This document shows, piece by piece, positions 48,389 through 58,687 of a stretch of DNA of 64,000 nucleotides. Location of the stretch: the NCBI GenBank assembly GCA_965205485.1, contig OZ242180.1, positions 3,232,001 through 3,296,000 on the forward strand. Direction: 5' to 3'. Every line of letters begins with the position of its first letter. Within the stretch, counting starts at the first letter, position 1. This DNA is from Candidatus Latescibacterota bacterium. GTDB lineage: Bacteria; Latescibacterota; UBA2968; GCA-2709665. The translations under genes were made by a program, and so were the position numbers. The notes beneath the pieces are model-generated. The model was not told the DNA's origin. It did no database searches and saw only the letters and a program-made list of their open reading frames with translations.

Positions 48389-48856
48389 GTGAAACTCTCC
48401 AAGGTCATGATGGAGACCCTGCAGCAGCTGATCGAAATGGTCGGCGAAGACCGGGTCCGGGAGATTGAAATTGAGCGTGGAATTCTGGGGCTTAGAAAAA
48501 TACGCGTCGCCGCGGGTATCGATGCAACGGCCGTCCAGCCGGTTGCCCAGGTCCCGCCGCAGCCGGCCGAAACCGACGATACGCCGGTTTCCGATGAACC
48601 TGACGACACCGAGGGGTTGCATAGCATCAGTTCACCCATGGTGGGCATGTTCTATCGTGCGCCGAATCCGGATTCGCCGTCGTTCGTGGAGGAAGGCGAC
48701 GTCGTTTCGGTCGGGCAAACCCTGTGCATCATCGAAGCCATGAAAATTATGAACGAAATTGAAGCGGACGCAAAGGGCCGGGTGGTTCGGGTCCTGGTCG
48801 AAAATGGCAATCCGGTCGAATACAACACGCCTCTTTTCCTCATCGAACCCCTGTAA
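48389..48856 (+). CDS. accB: biotin carboxyl carrier protein
   Basis: SPMVG.FY, EAMK biotinylation motif. Confidence 0.95.
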   Translation: MKLSKVMMETLQQLIEMVGEDRVREIEIERGILGLRKIRVAAGIDATAVQPVAQVPPQPAETDDTPVSDEPDDTEGLHSISSPMVGMFYRAPNPDSPSFVEEGDVVSVGQTLCIIEAMKIMNEIEADAKGRVVRVLVENGNPVEYNTPLFLIEPL

Positions 48857-48909
48857 GGTGCTTCCTTCAACGATGCGGCGGCCCCTGCCGCCGTCCCACC
48901 AGATCTGCC

Positions 48910-50268
48910 GTGTCATCCACTCCCTTATTCGATAAGATCCTTGTTGCGGATCGGGGCGAAATCGCCGTCCGTGTGATCCGGGCATGCAAGGAACTCGGCA
49001 TCCGGACGATCGCCATCCACTCCGAAGCCGATGGCAATTCGCTGCATATCGGCGTCGCCGACGAGGACGTCTGCATCGGACCGCCTCCGGGAGACCAGAG
49101 CTATCGGAACATCCCGCGCATTCTGAGCGCCGCGGAAGTCACCAACGCCGATGCGATCCACCCGGGGTACGGGCCATTGGCCGAGAACGCGGACTTCGCC
49201 GAGATGTGCGCCTCCTGTGGCATCGTATTCATCGGACCGTCTCCGGATGCCATTCGAAGGATGGGCGACAAAGCCGTTGCGCGGGAAACGATGCTGGCCG
49301 CAGACGTGCCGGTAGCGCCGGGTACCGGGGTGTTGCAAAGCCTTGAGGAGGCGCGCGTCGCCGCCGGAGAGATCGGTTACCCGATCCGTCTGAAGGCCGT
49401 TGCAGGCGGCGGCGGCCGTGGCATGCGCACCGTAGACTCCGCGGAAGGCCTCGAACGCGCCTGGAATGCCGCGCAGGCCGAGGCGTCTGCGGCGTTCACG
49501 TCGGGAACGCTCTATCTGGAAAAGGAAGTCGTTGCGCCCCGGCACGTGGAAATCCAGGTTATGGGCGACCAGGCTGACAACGTCGTACACCTGGGGGAGC
49601 GCGAATGTTCCATCCAGAGACGTCATCAGAAGTTGATCGAGGAGTCGCCTTCGCCGGTGGTCGACGACAGCCTGCGCCGGCGGATGGGCAAAGAAGCCGT
49701 TGCAGGGGCCAGGGCGGTGGGCTATACGGGCGCGGGGACCGTGGAGTTTCTGCTGGATGCGTCCGGAGACTTCTATTTCCTTGAAATGAACACCCGCATT
49801 CAGGTCGAGCATCCGGTCACCGAGATGGTAACCGGAATCGATCTCGTCAAGACGCAGATCAGCGTGGCCGCGGGTAAGCCGCTTCCGTTCGCCCAGGAAG
49901 ACATACGGCCGAAGGGGCACGCCATTGAATGCCGCATCAACGCGGAAGATCCCGATCACAACTTCCGACCTTCCGCGGGAGAAATCAGCACGTTCCATGC
50001 GCCGGGCGGGCCGGGCATCCGGATCGACTCTCACGCGTATGCCGGCTATCGCGTCCCGTCCCATTACGATTCGCTCCTTGCCAAGTTGCTGGCGTATGGC
50101 GACACCCGGGAGGAAGCAACCGCGCGTATGGTCCGTGCGCTCGAGGAGTTCGTGATCGAGGGAATCCCTACGACCATTCCGTTCCACATCGCCGCGATGC
50201 GGCATTCCGACTTCCGTGACGGTCGGATCGACACGGATTTCGTGGCCAGATTGGGATACGGGGGTTGA
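48910..50268 (+). CDS. accC: biotin carboxylase
   Basis: [39 protein letters not shown]. Confidence 0.95.
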   Translation: MSSTPLFDKILVADRGEIAVRVIRACKELGIRTIAIHSEADGNSLHIGVADEDVCIGPPPGDQSYRNIPRILSAAEVTNADAIHPGYGPLAENADFAEMCASCGIVFIGPSPDAIRRMGDKAVARETMLAADVPVAPGTGVLQSLEEARVAAGEIGYPIRLKAVAGGGGRGMRTVDSAEGLERAWNAAQAEASAAFTSGTLYLEKEVVAPRHVEIQVMGDQADNVVHLGERECSIQRRHQKLIEESPSPVVDDSLRRRMGKEAVAGARAVGYTGAGTVEFLLDASGDFYFLEMNTRIQVEHPVTEMVTGIDLVKTQISVAAGKPLPFAQEDIRPKGHAIECRINAEDPDHNFRPSAGEISTFHAPGGPGIRIDSHAYAGYRVPSHYDSLLAKLLAYGDTREEATARMVRALEEFVIEGIPTTIPFHIAAMRHSDFRDGRIDTDFVARLGYGG

Positions 50269-50363
50269 ACGTCGGCAAGACCGGAGAAACGTCAGACACC
50301 CACTCAGCGGACGGCTGGCGTCCCGGAACGAAAGACAACACCTTCATTGTGGAGCCATCAGTC

Positions 50364-50750
50364 ATGTCGGAAATTCCGGACGGCCTTCTTTATACTTCGG
50401 AGCATGAGTGGATTCGCGTCGAGGGCGAGCGGGGCACGATAGGCATCACAGATTACGCGCAGGGGGAACTGGGGGACATCGTTTTTGCCGAGTTGCCGGA
50501 ACCGGGTGCTGAGTTCGAGCAGGGTCAGCCCTTCGGCACGATCGAGGCGGTGAAGACGGTGGAGGACCTCTACGCGCCCGTGTCCGGCGTCGTTCTCGAG
50601 GTTAACGATGAACTTGGCGAGGATGCGTCCCAGATAAACGCGGATCCGTATGGCGAGGGCTGGATGGTCGTGGTGCGGATGACAAACAGCGACGAACTCG
50701 AATCGCTTCTCGGCCCACGGGCTTACGGCGAGCTTGTCGAAGACGGCTAG
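50364..50750 (+). CDS. gcvH: glycine cleavage H / lipoyl-carrier protein
   Basis: HEW, GITDYAQ.LGD, IEAVK, NADPYGEGW. Confidence 0.95.
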   Translation: MSEIPDGLLYTSEHEWIRVEGERGTIGITDYAQGELGDIVFAELPEPGAEFEQGQPFGTIEAVKTVEDLYAPVSGVVLEVNDELGEDASQINADPYGEGWMVVVRMTNSDELESLLGPRAYGELVEDG

Positions 50751-50880
50751 CCGCCACTGAAGACCGCCTGTCCATCGCCGGATTGCGGCCGATTGACCGG
50801 GATTGTACGGACGGACGGACGCGTGCCGGGCCAGGTCGGAACTGCATGTCGGGTTCCGGCATCCTGCGCCTTGTAAGCGC

Positions 50881-50909
50881 TTGACATCGATTCGTAAAGG
50901 CTTTATTTT
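50881..50909 (+). promoter_or_regulatory. possible sigma70 promoter
   Basis: TTGACA-17 nt-TATTTT upstream of HNH/scpA. Confidence 0.45.
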
Positions 50910-51075
50910 TTTTCTGTTAAGCCAAATCCGCAGCGCATCGCGGATGCTCATTCAACCCGGTTTCAGACGTATCGCCGGCGTGCCGGCCGTGAGCGACGGG
51001 CACAACCGCGAGGCGTCGCGCCACGTCGACTACGTTCAATTGTTCCAGCCCCGGGGTTGTTGCAAGAGGGGATGT

Positions 51076-51585
51076 ATGCCACTGCTGAATCGGCCGGTTC
51101 TGGTCCTGAACCAGAGTTACGAACCCATCCAGGTGTGCAGCGTGCGTCGGGCTATCGTTCTTGTGTTTCGTGGCCGGGCCGAGGTCATCGAAGCGCTGGA
51201 CCTGTACGTCCGCTCGGTTTCAGACCGGTTTCCGGTCCCCAGCGTGGTCCGACTGGGCATCTACGTGCGCGTTGCGCCCAGACAGCTCGCGCTTTCGAAG
51301 AAAAACGTCCTGAAGCGGGATGGACACCGCTGCCAGTATTGCGGTACCCGAAAGGGTCCGATGACGGTCGATCACGTGGTTCCCCGAACCGGAAACGGTC
51401 GGGACACCTGGGAGAACCTGGTGTGCGCCTGTTTACCCTGCAATAACCTCAAGGGCGATCAAACACCGGAACAGGCGGGAATCAATCTGCTGCGCCGTCC
51501 CCGCCGGCCCAGTACCGTCACCTCCATAAGCCAGTTGATCGGCGTGCCGGACAGTCGCTGGCGGCCGTATCTTTTCATGGATTGA
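51076..51585 (+). CDS. HNH endonuclease (McrA-like)
   Basis: VLVLNQSYEP, RDGHRCQYCG, TVDHVVP, WENLVCAC..CN..KG. Confidence 0.9.
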   Translation: MPLLNRPVLVLNQSYEPIQVCSVRRAIVLVFRGRAEVIEALDLYVRSVSDRFPVPSVVRLGIYVRVAPRQLALSKKNVLKRDGHRCQYCGTRKGPMTVDHVVPRTGNGRDTWENLVCACLPCNNLKGDQTPEQAGINLLRRPRRPSTVTSISQLIGVPDSRWRPYLFMD

Positions 51586-51686
51586 ACAATGGCGTCGGGA
51601 GCCGGATCCTCCGGGAACGTCCGTCACGCCCCTGCCCGCGTCGCGCACGCCTGCGACCCGGGTGGACGCCATGGGAGATCGAGCGA

Positions 51687-52490
51687 ATGGTTGCCGAAGC
51701 GCTGGAAGTTCAGGGAAAAGCCGCTGACGATGCCTACGGGGTGAAGCTCGATGTTTTCGAGGGGCCTCTGGATCTGCTGCTTTTTCTGATTCGCAAGGAT
51801 GAGATCGACATCTACGATATCCCCATCGCCGATGTCACGCGGCAGTTTCTGGAGTTTGTCGAAATGATGGAGACGCTTCATCTGGAACACGCCGGCGATT
51901 TCCTGGTGATGGCGGCCACGCTGATGAAAATCAAGTCGCGCATGTTGCTGCCGGCGGACCCCGATGCGGATGAAGAAGAAGAGGACCCAAGAGAAGAACT
52001 GGTACGGCGCCTGCTGGAGTATCAGCAGTTCAAGGAAGTGGCCGGCTGGCTCGAAGACAGGCAGGACTCGCATCGTGACCATTTCTATCGGGGTGCCGCG
52101 CTGGATACCGGGGAAATCGACGAGCCCGAACCGGATCCGCTCGCAGCCTATGGTTCCGCAAGTCTTTTCGATCTGATGTCGGCGTTCCGGACGGCGCTCT
52201 CAGCCGCGCCGAAAGCGGATTACCACGAGATACATCAACTGGAAGTCACGACCGAGGAACGGATGGAGGTCGTCCGGAACATACTGGAGGATCGCCATCG
52301 GGTTCAGTTCTCGAATCTGGTTGCGGGTCTTCCGAGAATCGTCCTCATCGTCACTTTCATCGCCCTGCTCGAGCTGATAAAGACCGGGCAAGCCCTTGCA
52401 AGACAGAGCGCTTCGGAAGGCGAGATCTGGGTTTACAGGAGAGACGAAGATCCGTCGGAACCCGCCGGCGCCCGATCGTCAACCGGGTAA
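51687..52490 (+). CDS. scpA: segregation and condensation protein A
   Basis: FEGPLDLLL.LI, FLVMAATL..IKSR.LLP, DPREELV.RL.EY, FIALLEL. Confidence 0.93.
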   Translation: MVAEALEVQGKAADDAYGVKLDVFEGPLDLLLFLIRKDEIDIYDIPIADVTRQFLEFVEMMETLHLEHAGDFLVMAATLMKIKSRMLLPADPDADEEEEDPREELVRRLLEYQQFKEVAGWLEDRQDSHRDHFYRGAALDTGEIDEPEPDPLAAYGSASLFDLMSAFRTALSAAPKADYHEIHQLEVTTEERMEVVRNILEDRHRVQFSNLVAGLPRIVLIVTFIALLELIKTGQALARQSASEGEIWVYRRDEDPSEPAGARSSTG

Positions 52491-52739
52491 CGACCATCGG
52501 CAGGGCCGCTTCAGTCGTTCGAAAACTCGAACGGGTCGAGATTCAACCTTGATTTGTAAGTCTTCGGGGACGTTAATTCGAATATGTGCTTGTAAATAAA
52601 GGCGATTAGTCGGCGGATTACCAGGATACACCAGGTCAATGGCCGTGAACGGAAAAAACGTCCTTCCATACCTCGATAACGCCCCGTCTGGGAGGGTTTT
52701 ATCGCGTCGCCGCGTTGCTGTTTTTTCGGATAGAGGTCA

Positions 52740-53489
52740 ATGGGCGAGTCGTACGGGATAGACCGGGTCGCCTCGGATGAAGACGCGCGCAACCAGGGCA
52801 TTGTGGAAGCCCTGTTGATGGCGTCCGACAGACCGCTCGGGGCCAGCCGGATCGCCTCGTTGCTCGATGGCGTGCAGGCGGGAGACGTGCGCGCGTACGT
52901 GGAGGACCTCAACGCGCTGTACGGCCGGACCGGGCGCAGTTTCAAGATCTCCGAGATCGCCGGCGGATTCCTGTACATGGTACACTCGGAATACGGCGTC
53001 TGGGTCCGGCGGCTCCTGAAAGACAAAGCGCCTGTCCGCCTTTCGTCGGCCGCCCTGGAAACGCTTGCCATCATCGTGTTCAAGCAGCCGGTCATGAAGG
53101 CCGAGGTAGAGCACATTCGCGGCGTGTCCGTGGACGGGGTGGTACGCCACCTGCTCGAGAAGGGGCTGATCCGCATCGCCGGCCGGTCGGATGCGCCGGG
53201 ACGACCGCTGCTGTATGGAACGACCCGGGACTTCTTGAAGCACTTCGGACTGAAGACGTTGTCGGACCTGCCAAAGGTCAGGGAACTGAACGAGTTGCTG
53301 GAAGACAAGGTCGCTGCGGTGGCATCGCCCGGCGAGTCGCTGCAGGCGATGCCAGGCCGGGAAAGCGCGCCCGGGGATTTCAGTGACGGTTCCAGTGACG
53401 CGTCGGGACCGATGATCGGTCCCAAGGGGGATGGCGGGGTAACGGAGGCGGACGGTGTCGACACGCGGGGAGGGGAACCGAATGCGTAA
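52740..53489 (+). CDS. scpB: segregation and condensation protein B
   Basis: EALL, LSSAALETLAII..KQP, IRGV, PGRPLLYGTT..FL..FGL. Confidence 0.95.
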   Translation: MGESYGIDRVASDEDARNQGIVEALLMASDRPLGASRIASLLDGVQAGDVRAYVEDLNALYGRTGRSFKISEIAGGFLYMVHSEYGVWVRRLLKDKAPVRLSSAALETLAIIVFKQPVMKAEVEHIRGVSVDGVVRHLLEKGLIRIAGRSDAPGRPLLYGTTRDFLKHFGLKTLSDLPKVRELNELLEDKVAAVASPGESLQAMPGRESAPGDFSDGSSDASGPMIGPKGDGGVTEADGVDTRGGEPNA

Positions 53490-53651
53490 GAAGCTGTGTT
53501 AGAATTACCGGTGAGTTCCCGAGCGCGAGCGAAAAAGTGGCGGTAGAGGCGGGCAAATCCGCCCATATTTGTCTATACGGGTGGGTTTGACCAACGCCGA
53601 CCGGCGCTTTTGCAGCCGCGCGAAGACCGCTGGGAATTTTAACACAGCTTC
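53490..53651. mobile_element. MITE (162 bp) inserted at the scpB stop codon
   Basis: TIRs GAAGCTGTGTTAGAATT / AATTTTAACACAGCTTC (16/17), TAA direct repeat on both sides, internal hairpin CAAATCCGCCC...GGGTGGGTTTG. Confidence 0.8.
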
Positions 53652-53675
53652 TAAGGATCGGGGCGGAGGGTCGCG

Positions 53676-54362
53676 ATGGGGAAGCGGGGTATCGTGATTG
53701 CCATCGACGGTCCCGCAGGATCGGGCAAGAGTACGACGGCTCGATGTGTCGCCGGCAGGCTGGGATACCTCTATCTGGATACCGGCGCCATGTACCGCGC
53801 GCTGGGTTGGTCCATGATTCGAAGGGGACTCAGTCCCGACGACGAATCCGCGGCCGCCGCGGCCGCCGCCGTGCTGACATTCGACTTTCGTCCGGAGGCG
53901 TCCGGCCAGCGGGTTCTGATCGACGGGGAGGATGTGACCGGAGAGATCCGTTCGGCGGATGTTTCCGATGCCGCCTCCCGGGTTGCCGTACACGCCGCGG
54001 TCCGGAAGATCCTCGTGGCACGCCAGCAGGAACTCGGATTCGAGGGCGGCATCGTACTGGAGGGGCGGGATACGGGCACGGCGGTTTTTCCCGAAGCTGA
54101 ACTGAAGATATTCCTGGTTGCCGACGTCGCCGAGCGAGCGCGGCGCCGGCACCGTGAGTTGCTCGATTCCGGTATCGCGGCGGAAATGGACGAATTGACA
54201 GGACAGATTCGAGAGCGGGACAAGCGGGACACGGCCACGCAACGGCGTTCCGGATCCTGGCCGGCTTCGGATGCGATCACGGTGGATACCACGGGGCTGG
54301 ACGTCGACGCGCAGGTCGCCCGCGTGGTGGAACTCGCTCGCGAATGCGGCGTCGAGACATAG
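53676..54362 (+). CDS. cmk: cytidylate kinase
   Basis: IAIDGPAGSGKST, LDTGAMYRA, EGRD.GT.VFP.A. Confidence 0.96.
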   Translation: MGKRGIVIAIDGPAGSGKSTTARCVAGRLGYLYLDTGAMYRALGWSMIRRGLSPDDESAAAAAAAVLTFDFRPEASGQRVLIDGEDVTGEIRSADVSDAASRVAVHAAVRKILVARQQELGFEGGIVLEGRDTGTAVFPEAELKIFLVADVAERARRRHRELLDSGIAAEMDELTGQIRERDKRDTATQRRSGSWPASDAITVDTTGLDVDAQVARVVELARECGVET

Positions 54363-54375
54363 TCACGTAAACGGA

Positions 54376-55059
54376 ATGCGGACAGACATTTACACCGGAC
54401 GACCGGGCAATTTCCTTTACCGTTTTCTCTGGACGCTCGGCGTTGGAGCCTGCAGCTGCCTGTTTCGGCTTCGTGTTGCCGGCCTTCATTTCGTGCCGCG
54501 CCGCGGAGGCGTCATCCTGGCCAGCAACCACGCCTCCTATACGGATCCCGTATTCATCGGGGTTGCGGCGTGCAGGGAACTTTCGTATGTTACCAAGCAG
54601 GAAGCATTTCCCGTTCCGATTCTTGGCTGGCTGATTCGGAAGCTGAACGCACTGCCGATCGACCGGTCTCGCGGAGACCGGGGTGCATTGCGGGGCATCG
54701 AAGGGTGTCTCAAGGCCGGCGGCGCGATGTTTCTTTCGCCGGAGGGAACGCGCAACAAGACGTCCAGATTGAGGCCGCCCAAAGACGGCGTGGGCATGTT
54801 GGCATACCGCGCGCGGGTTCCCGTGGTTCCGGTCTATATTTCGGGCACGGTCAACATCTGGACGAGTCTGATCGGTCTCAACCGCGTAACCGTGCGGTTC
54901 GGAGAACCGATTCGCGTGTCTCCAGCCGGATTGCCCGTCAGACGTCGAGCGGCCTATCACACCATCACCAGCGAGGTGATGTACAGTATAGGTAACTTGA
55001 GACCCGGCAGGCGCAATACCGGCCCGCCTGCGCCGGGTGCCATGCTTGAGCGCCGGTAG
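54376..55059 (+). CDS. plsC: 1-acyl-sn-glycerol-3-phosphate acyltransferase
   Basis: NHASYTD, PEGTR, PVVPVYI. Confidence 0.88.
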   Translation: MRTDIYTGRPGNFLYRFLWTLGVGACSCLFRLRVAGLHFVPRRGGVILASNHASYTDPVFIGVAACRELSYVTKQEAFPVPILGWLIRKLNALPIDRSRGDRGALRGIEGCLKAGGAMFLSPEGTRNKTSRLRPPKDGVGMLAYRARVPVVPVYISGTVNIWTSLIGLNRVTVRFGEPIRVSPAGLPVRRRAAYHTITSEVMYSIGNLRPGRRNTGPPAPGAMLERR

Positions 55060-55164
55060 GGTCCCTGCGGAGAGCCGGTCTCCGTCTTTTCCCTGTTTTT
55101 CTGCGCCGAACCGCACGTCGGGGGCATCGGCCCTGCGCGGAACGGCCAAGGAGGTCGCAGTTTC

Positions 55165-57162
55165 ATGTCGGAAGAAAACAACACCGCAAGCCAGCCCGTC
55201 TCCCAGCCGTCCAGCGCGGAGGCACTGGAAGCACTGGACGAGCGCGAATACTCGGAAGAGGAATTCGCCTCGATGATGAGTCTGTACGAAGATACGATGA
55301 GCAATATCACCGAAGGTGAAATCGTCTCCGGGACCGTTCTGGCCGTCGCGGAGAATTCAGTCGTGGTCGATATCGGGTTCAAGTCCGAGGGCGCCATTCC
55401 GCTTGCCGAGTTCGCCGATCCGTCGGAAGTCGAGGTCGGACAGGAAATAGAGGTATATCTGGAAGACGTTGAAGATCAGGAAGGACAGATCGTACTGTCC
55501 AAGCAGAAGGCTGACTTCATGCGGGTGTGGGACCGCATCAAGGACGCTTACGACAGCGATCAGATCGTCGAGGGCCGGCTGGTGCGGCGGATCAAGGGCG
55601 GTATTGTGGTGGATCTGTTCGGCGTTGACGCGTTCCTGCCGGGATCTCAGATCGATATCAAGCAGGTGAAGAATTTCGATCAGTTCATCGGCGAGGTTTT
55701 CCCCTTCCGGATCATCAAACTCAACAAGAACCGGCGCAATATCGTCGTTTCCAGACGGGTCGTGCTGGAGGCCGAGAGGGAGCGTTTGCGCAAACAGATT
55801 CTTCAGACCCTGGAAGTCGGCCAGATCAGGGAAGGCGCGGTGAAGAATATCACGGATTTTGGCGCATTTATCGATCTGGGCGGTCTGGACGGCCTGTTGC
55901 ACATTACCGATATCTCCTGGGGCCGGATCGGACACCCGTCCGAGGTGTTGTCCATTGGCGACAATGTCCAGGTCAAAGTGCTCAACTACGACGAGGAGCG
56001 CGAGCGCATCTCTCTGGGCATGAAACAGCTGATGCCCCATCCCTGGGAGAATATAGAGGACAAGTATCCCGTCGGAGACCGCGTGGACGGCAAAGTGGTC
56101 AGCATCACGGATTACGGGGCTTTCGTGGAACTGGAACAGGGTGTGGAGGGTCTCGTCCATATCTCCGAGATGTCCTGGACACAGCATATCCGGCATCCGT
56201 CCAAGCTTGTCTCAATTGGCGACCAGTTGAAGGTTGTCATTCTGAACGTGGACAAGGACGGCCAGAAGATTTCGCTGGGCATGAAGCAGACGACCGACGA
56301 CCCCTGGCTTTCGCTGGACGAGAAGTATCCCGTGGGTACGCGTCTTACCGGTCTGGTGCGAAACCTGGTCAATTTCGGCGCGTTTGTGGAAATCGAAGAG
56401 GGAATCGACGGTCTGGTCCATATTTCCGATATGTCCTGGACACGGCGGGTGCGCCATCCCAGCGACGTCGTCAAGAAGGGTGAGCAGATCGACGTGGTTG
56501 TGCTGAATATAGACAAAAAACGTCGCCGTATCTCCCTGGGACACAAGCAGACCATAGAGAACCCCTGGCCTGAGCTGGCCGTCCAGTACGCGGTGGGTAA
56601 AACGACGGAGGGGAGGATATCCCGGCTGCTGGAGCGCGGGGTCGTGGTCGACCTGGACGGAGACGTGGAGGGTTTCATTCCGGTCTCGCAACTGGGACTG
56701 TCGGATCTTCAGACCCCTCAAACCCATTTCTCGGAGCATGACAAGTTACCCCTCAAGGTGGTGGAATTCGATGAAGAGCAGCGCAAGATCGTGTTGAGCG
56801 TCAAGGAATATATGCGAGACGCCGAACAGGCCGAGATCGATGCCTATATCGAAAGCCACCGGCCGAAGCCGGTCACGGTAGGCGACGTGGTGGGTGATGT
56901 GGCCGATTCGGAAGCGGGATCCGGGGATGCGGATTCCGATTCGAATGCCCGTGCCGACGCCGAGAGCCCCGCCGAAGGGGAGGATGCCGAATCAACCGGG
57001 GATGTGGCGTCGGTTCCGCAACCGGAAGCCAGCGCCGAAGGGTCCGCTGAAGAAACGGATGCCGAATCGACCGGCGGCGTTTCCGGCGAAGACGGTCCGC
57101 CGGCCGAGGAAACATCCGGCAGCCGCGATGAGACGGAGGCTTCGTCGAAATCGGAAGCATAG
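55165..57162 (+). CDS. rpsA: 30S ribosomal protein S1
   Basis: Six S1 domains (DFGAFIDLGG.DGLLHITD, DYGAFVEL..GVEGLVHISE) plus an acidic tail. Confidence 0.97.
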   Translation: MSEENNTASQPVSQPSSAEALEALDEREYSEEEFASMMSLYEDTMSNITEGEIVSGTVLAVAENSVVVDIGFKSEGAIPLAEFADPSEVEVGQEIEVYLEDVEDQEGQIVLSKQKADFMRVWDRIKDAYDSDQIVEGRLVRRIKGGIVVDLFGVDAFLPGSQIDIKQVKNFDQFIGEVFPFRIIKLNKNRRNIVVSRRVVLEAERERLRKQILQTLEVGQIREGAVKNITDFGAFIDLGGLDGLLHITDISWGRIGHPSEVLSIGDNVQVKVLNYDEERERISLGMKQLMPHPWENIEDKYPVGDRVDGKVVSITDYGAFVELEQGVEGLVHISEMSWTQHIRHPSKLVSIGDQLKVVILNVDKDGQKISLGMKQTTDDPWLSLDEKYPVGTRLTGLVRNLVNFGAFVEIEEGIDGLVHISDMSWTRRVRHPSDVVKKGEQIDVVVLNIDKKRRRISLGHKQTIENPWPELAVQYAVGKTTEGRISRLLERGVVVDLDGDVEGFIPVSQLGLSDLQTPQTHFSEHDKLPLKVVEFDEEQRKIVLSVKEYMRDAEQAEIDAYIESHRPKPVTVGDVVGDVADSEAGSGDADSDSNARADAESPAEGEDAESTGDVASVPQPEASAEGSAEETDAESTGGVSGEDGPPAEETSGSRDETEASSKSEA

Positions 57163-57193
57163 GATCATCGGACGGCGGGTTCGCTCGAAACAG

Positions 57194-57226
57194 AGAGTTG
57201 GGGGCATTGTCCTCAACTCTTTGTTA
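57194..57226 (+). terminator. probable intrinsic terminator after rpsA
   Basis: AGAGTTGGGGGC-loop-GTCCTCAACTCT stem followed by T-rich sequence. Confidence 0.5.
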
Positions 57227-57263
57227 TATGGATTCTGCAGATTCCGGACAACCGGCGCAGTAA

Positions 57264-58667
57264 ATGCGGGGAATTGACTGGATGGACGGAAACGTCAAGA
57301 CCGTATCGTTTTATACGCTCGGCTGCAAGCTGAATACCTACGATACGGAATGGTACCGCGAGCAATTCAGGCACGAGGGGTACCGTGAGGTCGCGTTCGG
57401 ACGCCCGGCGGATGTAACGGTTGTGAACACCTGTACCGTGACGGGTCAGGGCGCGTCTCAGTCACGGCAGATGTTGCGCCGGGCGCATCGGATATCTCCC
57501 GAAGGTACGGTCGTGGCAATGGGCTGTTACGCCCAGACCGATCCCGATGTGCTGATCGGCATGCCTGAAGTCGATCTCGTTGTCGGTACGGCCGAGAAGA
57601 CCCGGCTGCTCGATTTGATCAACGATACCTGTTCCATCGGACGAAGTTACGTGACCCGGCGCAGAACCGCCGAATTCCAGGAGATGGACATCTTCAATTT
57701 CGGCGGAAGGGCGCGCGCGTTCGTGAAGATCCAGGAGGGTTGCAACGAGTTCTGTTCATTCTGCATCATTCCGTTTGCGAGGGGTCGGAGCCGGAGCCGC
57801 AGTCTGCGCAGCTGTCTCGACCAGGTGCGGAGGCTGGTTGACGCCGGTTATCAGGAGGTCGTCGTTGCGGGGGTACACATTGGAGACTACGGTGCGGACC
57901 TGGACGGACACGGACTGCTTGATCTGTTCGAGGGCATTGAGCGGATCGAGGGCCTGCGGCGGTTTCGCGTGAGTTCGATCGAAGCGTCGTACATCAGCGA
58001 AGCAATGGTCGATTTCTTCTCGTCGTCATCCAGGTTCTGCAGGCATCTGCATATTCCGCTCCAGAGCGGCGACGACGGGATTCTGACATCAATGCGCAGG
58101 CCGTATACGCGCGCGCGTTACCTTTCGCTGATCGAAACGCTGGCCGAAAGGGTGCCCGATATCGGCCTGGGCGCGGATGTGATGGTGGGGTTTCCAGGAG
58201 AAACCGACGAGGCGTTCGGCAATACGTACGATCTGATTGACAAGGGTCCCCTCGCATTCCTGCATGTGTTTCCCTTTTCACCACGGGCCGGCACGATTGC
58301 GGCGAGAATGGGCGGGGAAGTGGATGCCGCCGTCAAGAAGCGGCGAGGCGCGCTGCTGAGGCGTCTTGGCGAGCGGAAGACACAAGCCTTCAACCGCCGA
58401 TTTGCCGGCAGGACCATGGACGTACTCTTTGAAGACAGACGCGAGCCGGAAACGGGATACCTGCAGGGCGTTACCGGCAATTACATTCGCGTCTTCGCCC
58501 AGGGGCCCGACAGCGCGAAGAATTCTGTCGCACCCGTGCGGGTGACTAACGTGCGGCCCGGTCGGGTCATCGGAAGGATGGCGGACGTCGATCCTGAGAT
58601 CCGCCGCGGAAGAGCAGAAGTCCCGCGTGGAGAAGGAGGCCGGGGTGGCGCATTGCGCGGTCGTTGA
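57264..58667 (+). CDS. mtaB: tRNA t6A37 methylthiotransferase
   Basis: TLGCKLN, NTCTVT, GCYAQ, KIQEGCNEFCSFCIIP, C-terminal TRAM; start 57264 or 57282. Confidence 0.9.
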   Translation: MRGIDWMDGNVKTVSFYTLGCKLNTYDTEWYREQFRHEGYREVAFGRPADVTVVNTCTVTGQGASQSRQMLRRAHRISPEGTVVAMGCYAQTDPDVLIGMPEVDLVVGTAEKTRLLDLINDTCSIGRSYVTRRRTAEFQEMDIFNFGGRARAFVKIQEGCNEFCSFCIIPFARGRSRSRSLRSCLDQVRRLVDAGYQEVVVAGVHIGDYGADLDGHGLLDLFEGIERIEGLRRFRVSSIEASYISEAMVDFFSSSSRFCRHLHIPLQSGDDGILTSMRRPYTRARYLSLIETLAERVPDIGLGADVMVGFPGETDEAFGNTYDLIDKGPLAFLHVFPFSPRAGTIAARMGGEVDAAVKKRRGALLRRLGERKTQAFNRRFAGRTMDVLFEDRREPETGYLQGVTGNYIRVFAQGPDSAKNSVAPVRVTNVRPGRVIGRMADVDPEIRRGRAEVPRGEGGRGGALRGR

Positions 58668-58687
58668 ACGAGACTAGGAATCGTCAG

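Noticed and set aside
50364..50750. gcvH without gcvT/gcvP as a novelty
   Set aside because: Stand-alone H proteins near accBC are common and serve lipoate relay.
51076..51585. HNH nuclease as a defence system or IscB-like element
   Set aside because: Short stand-alone McrA-like family in housekeeping context, with no RuvC motifs or associated array.
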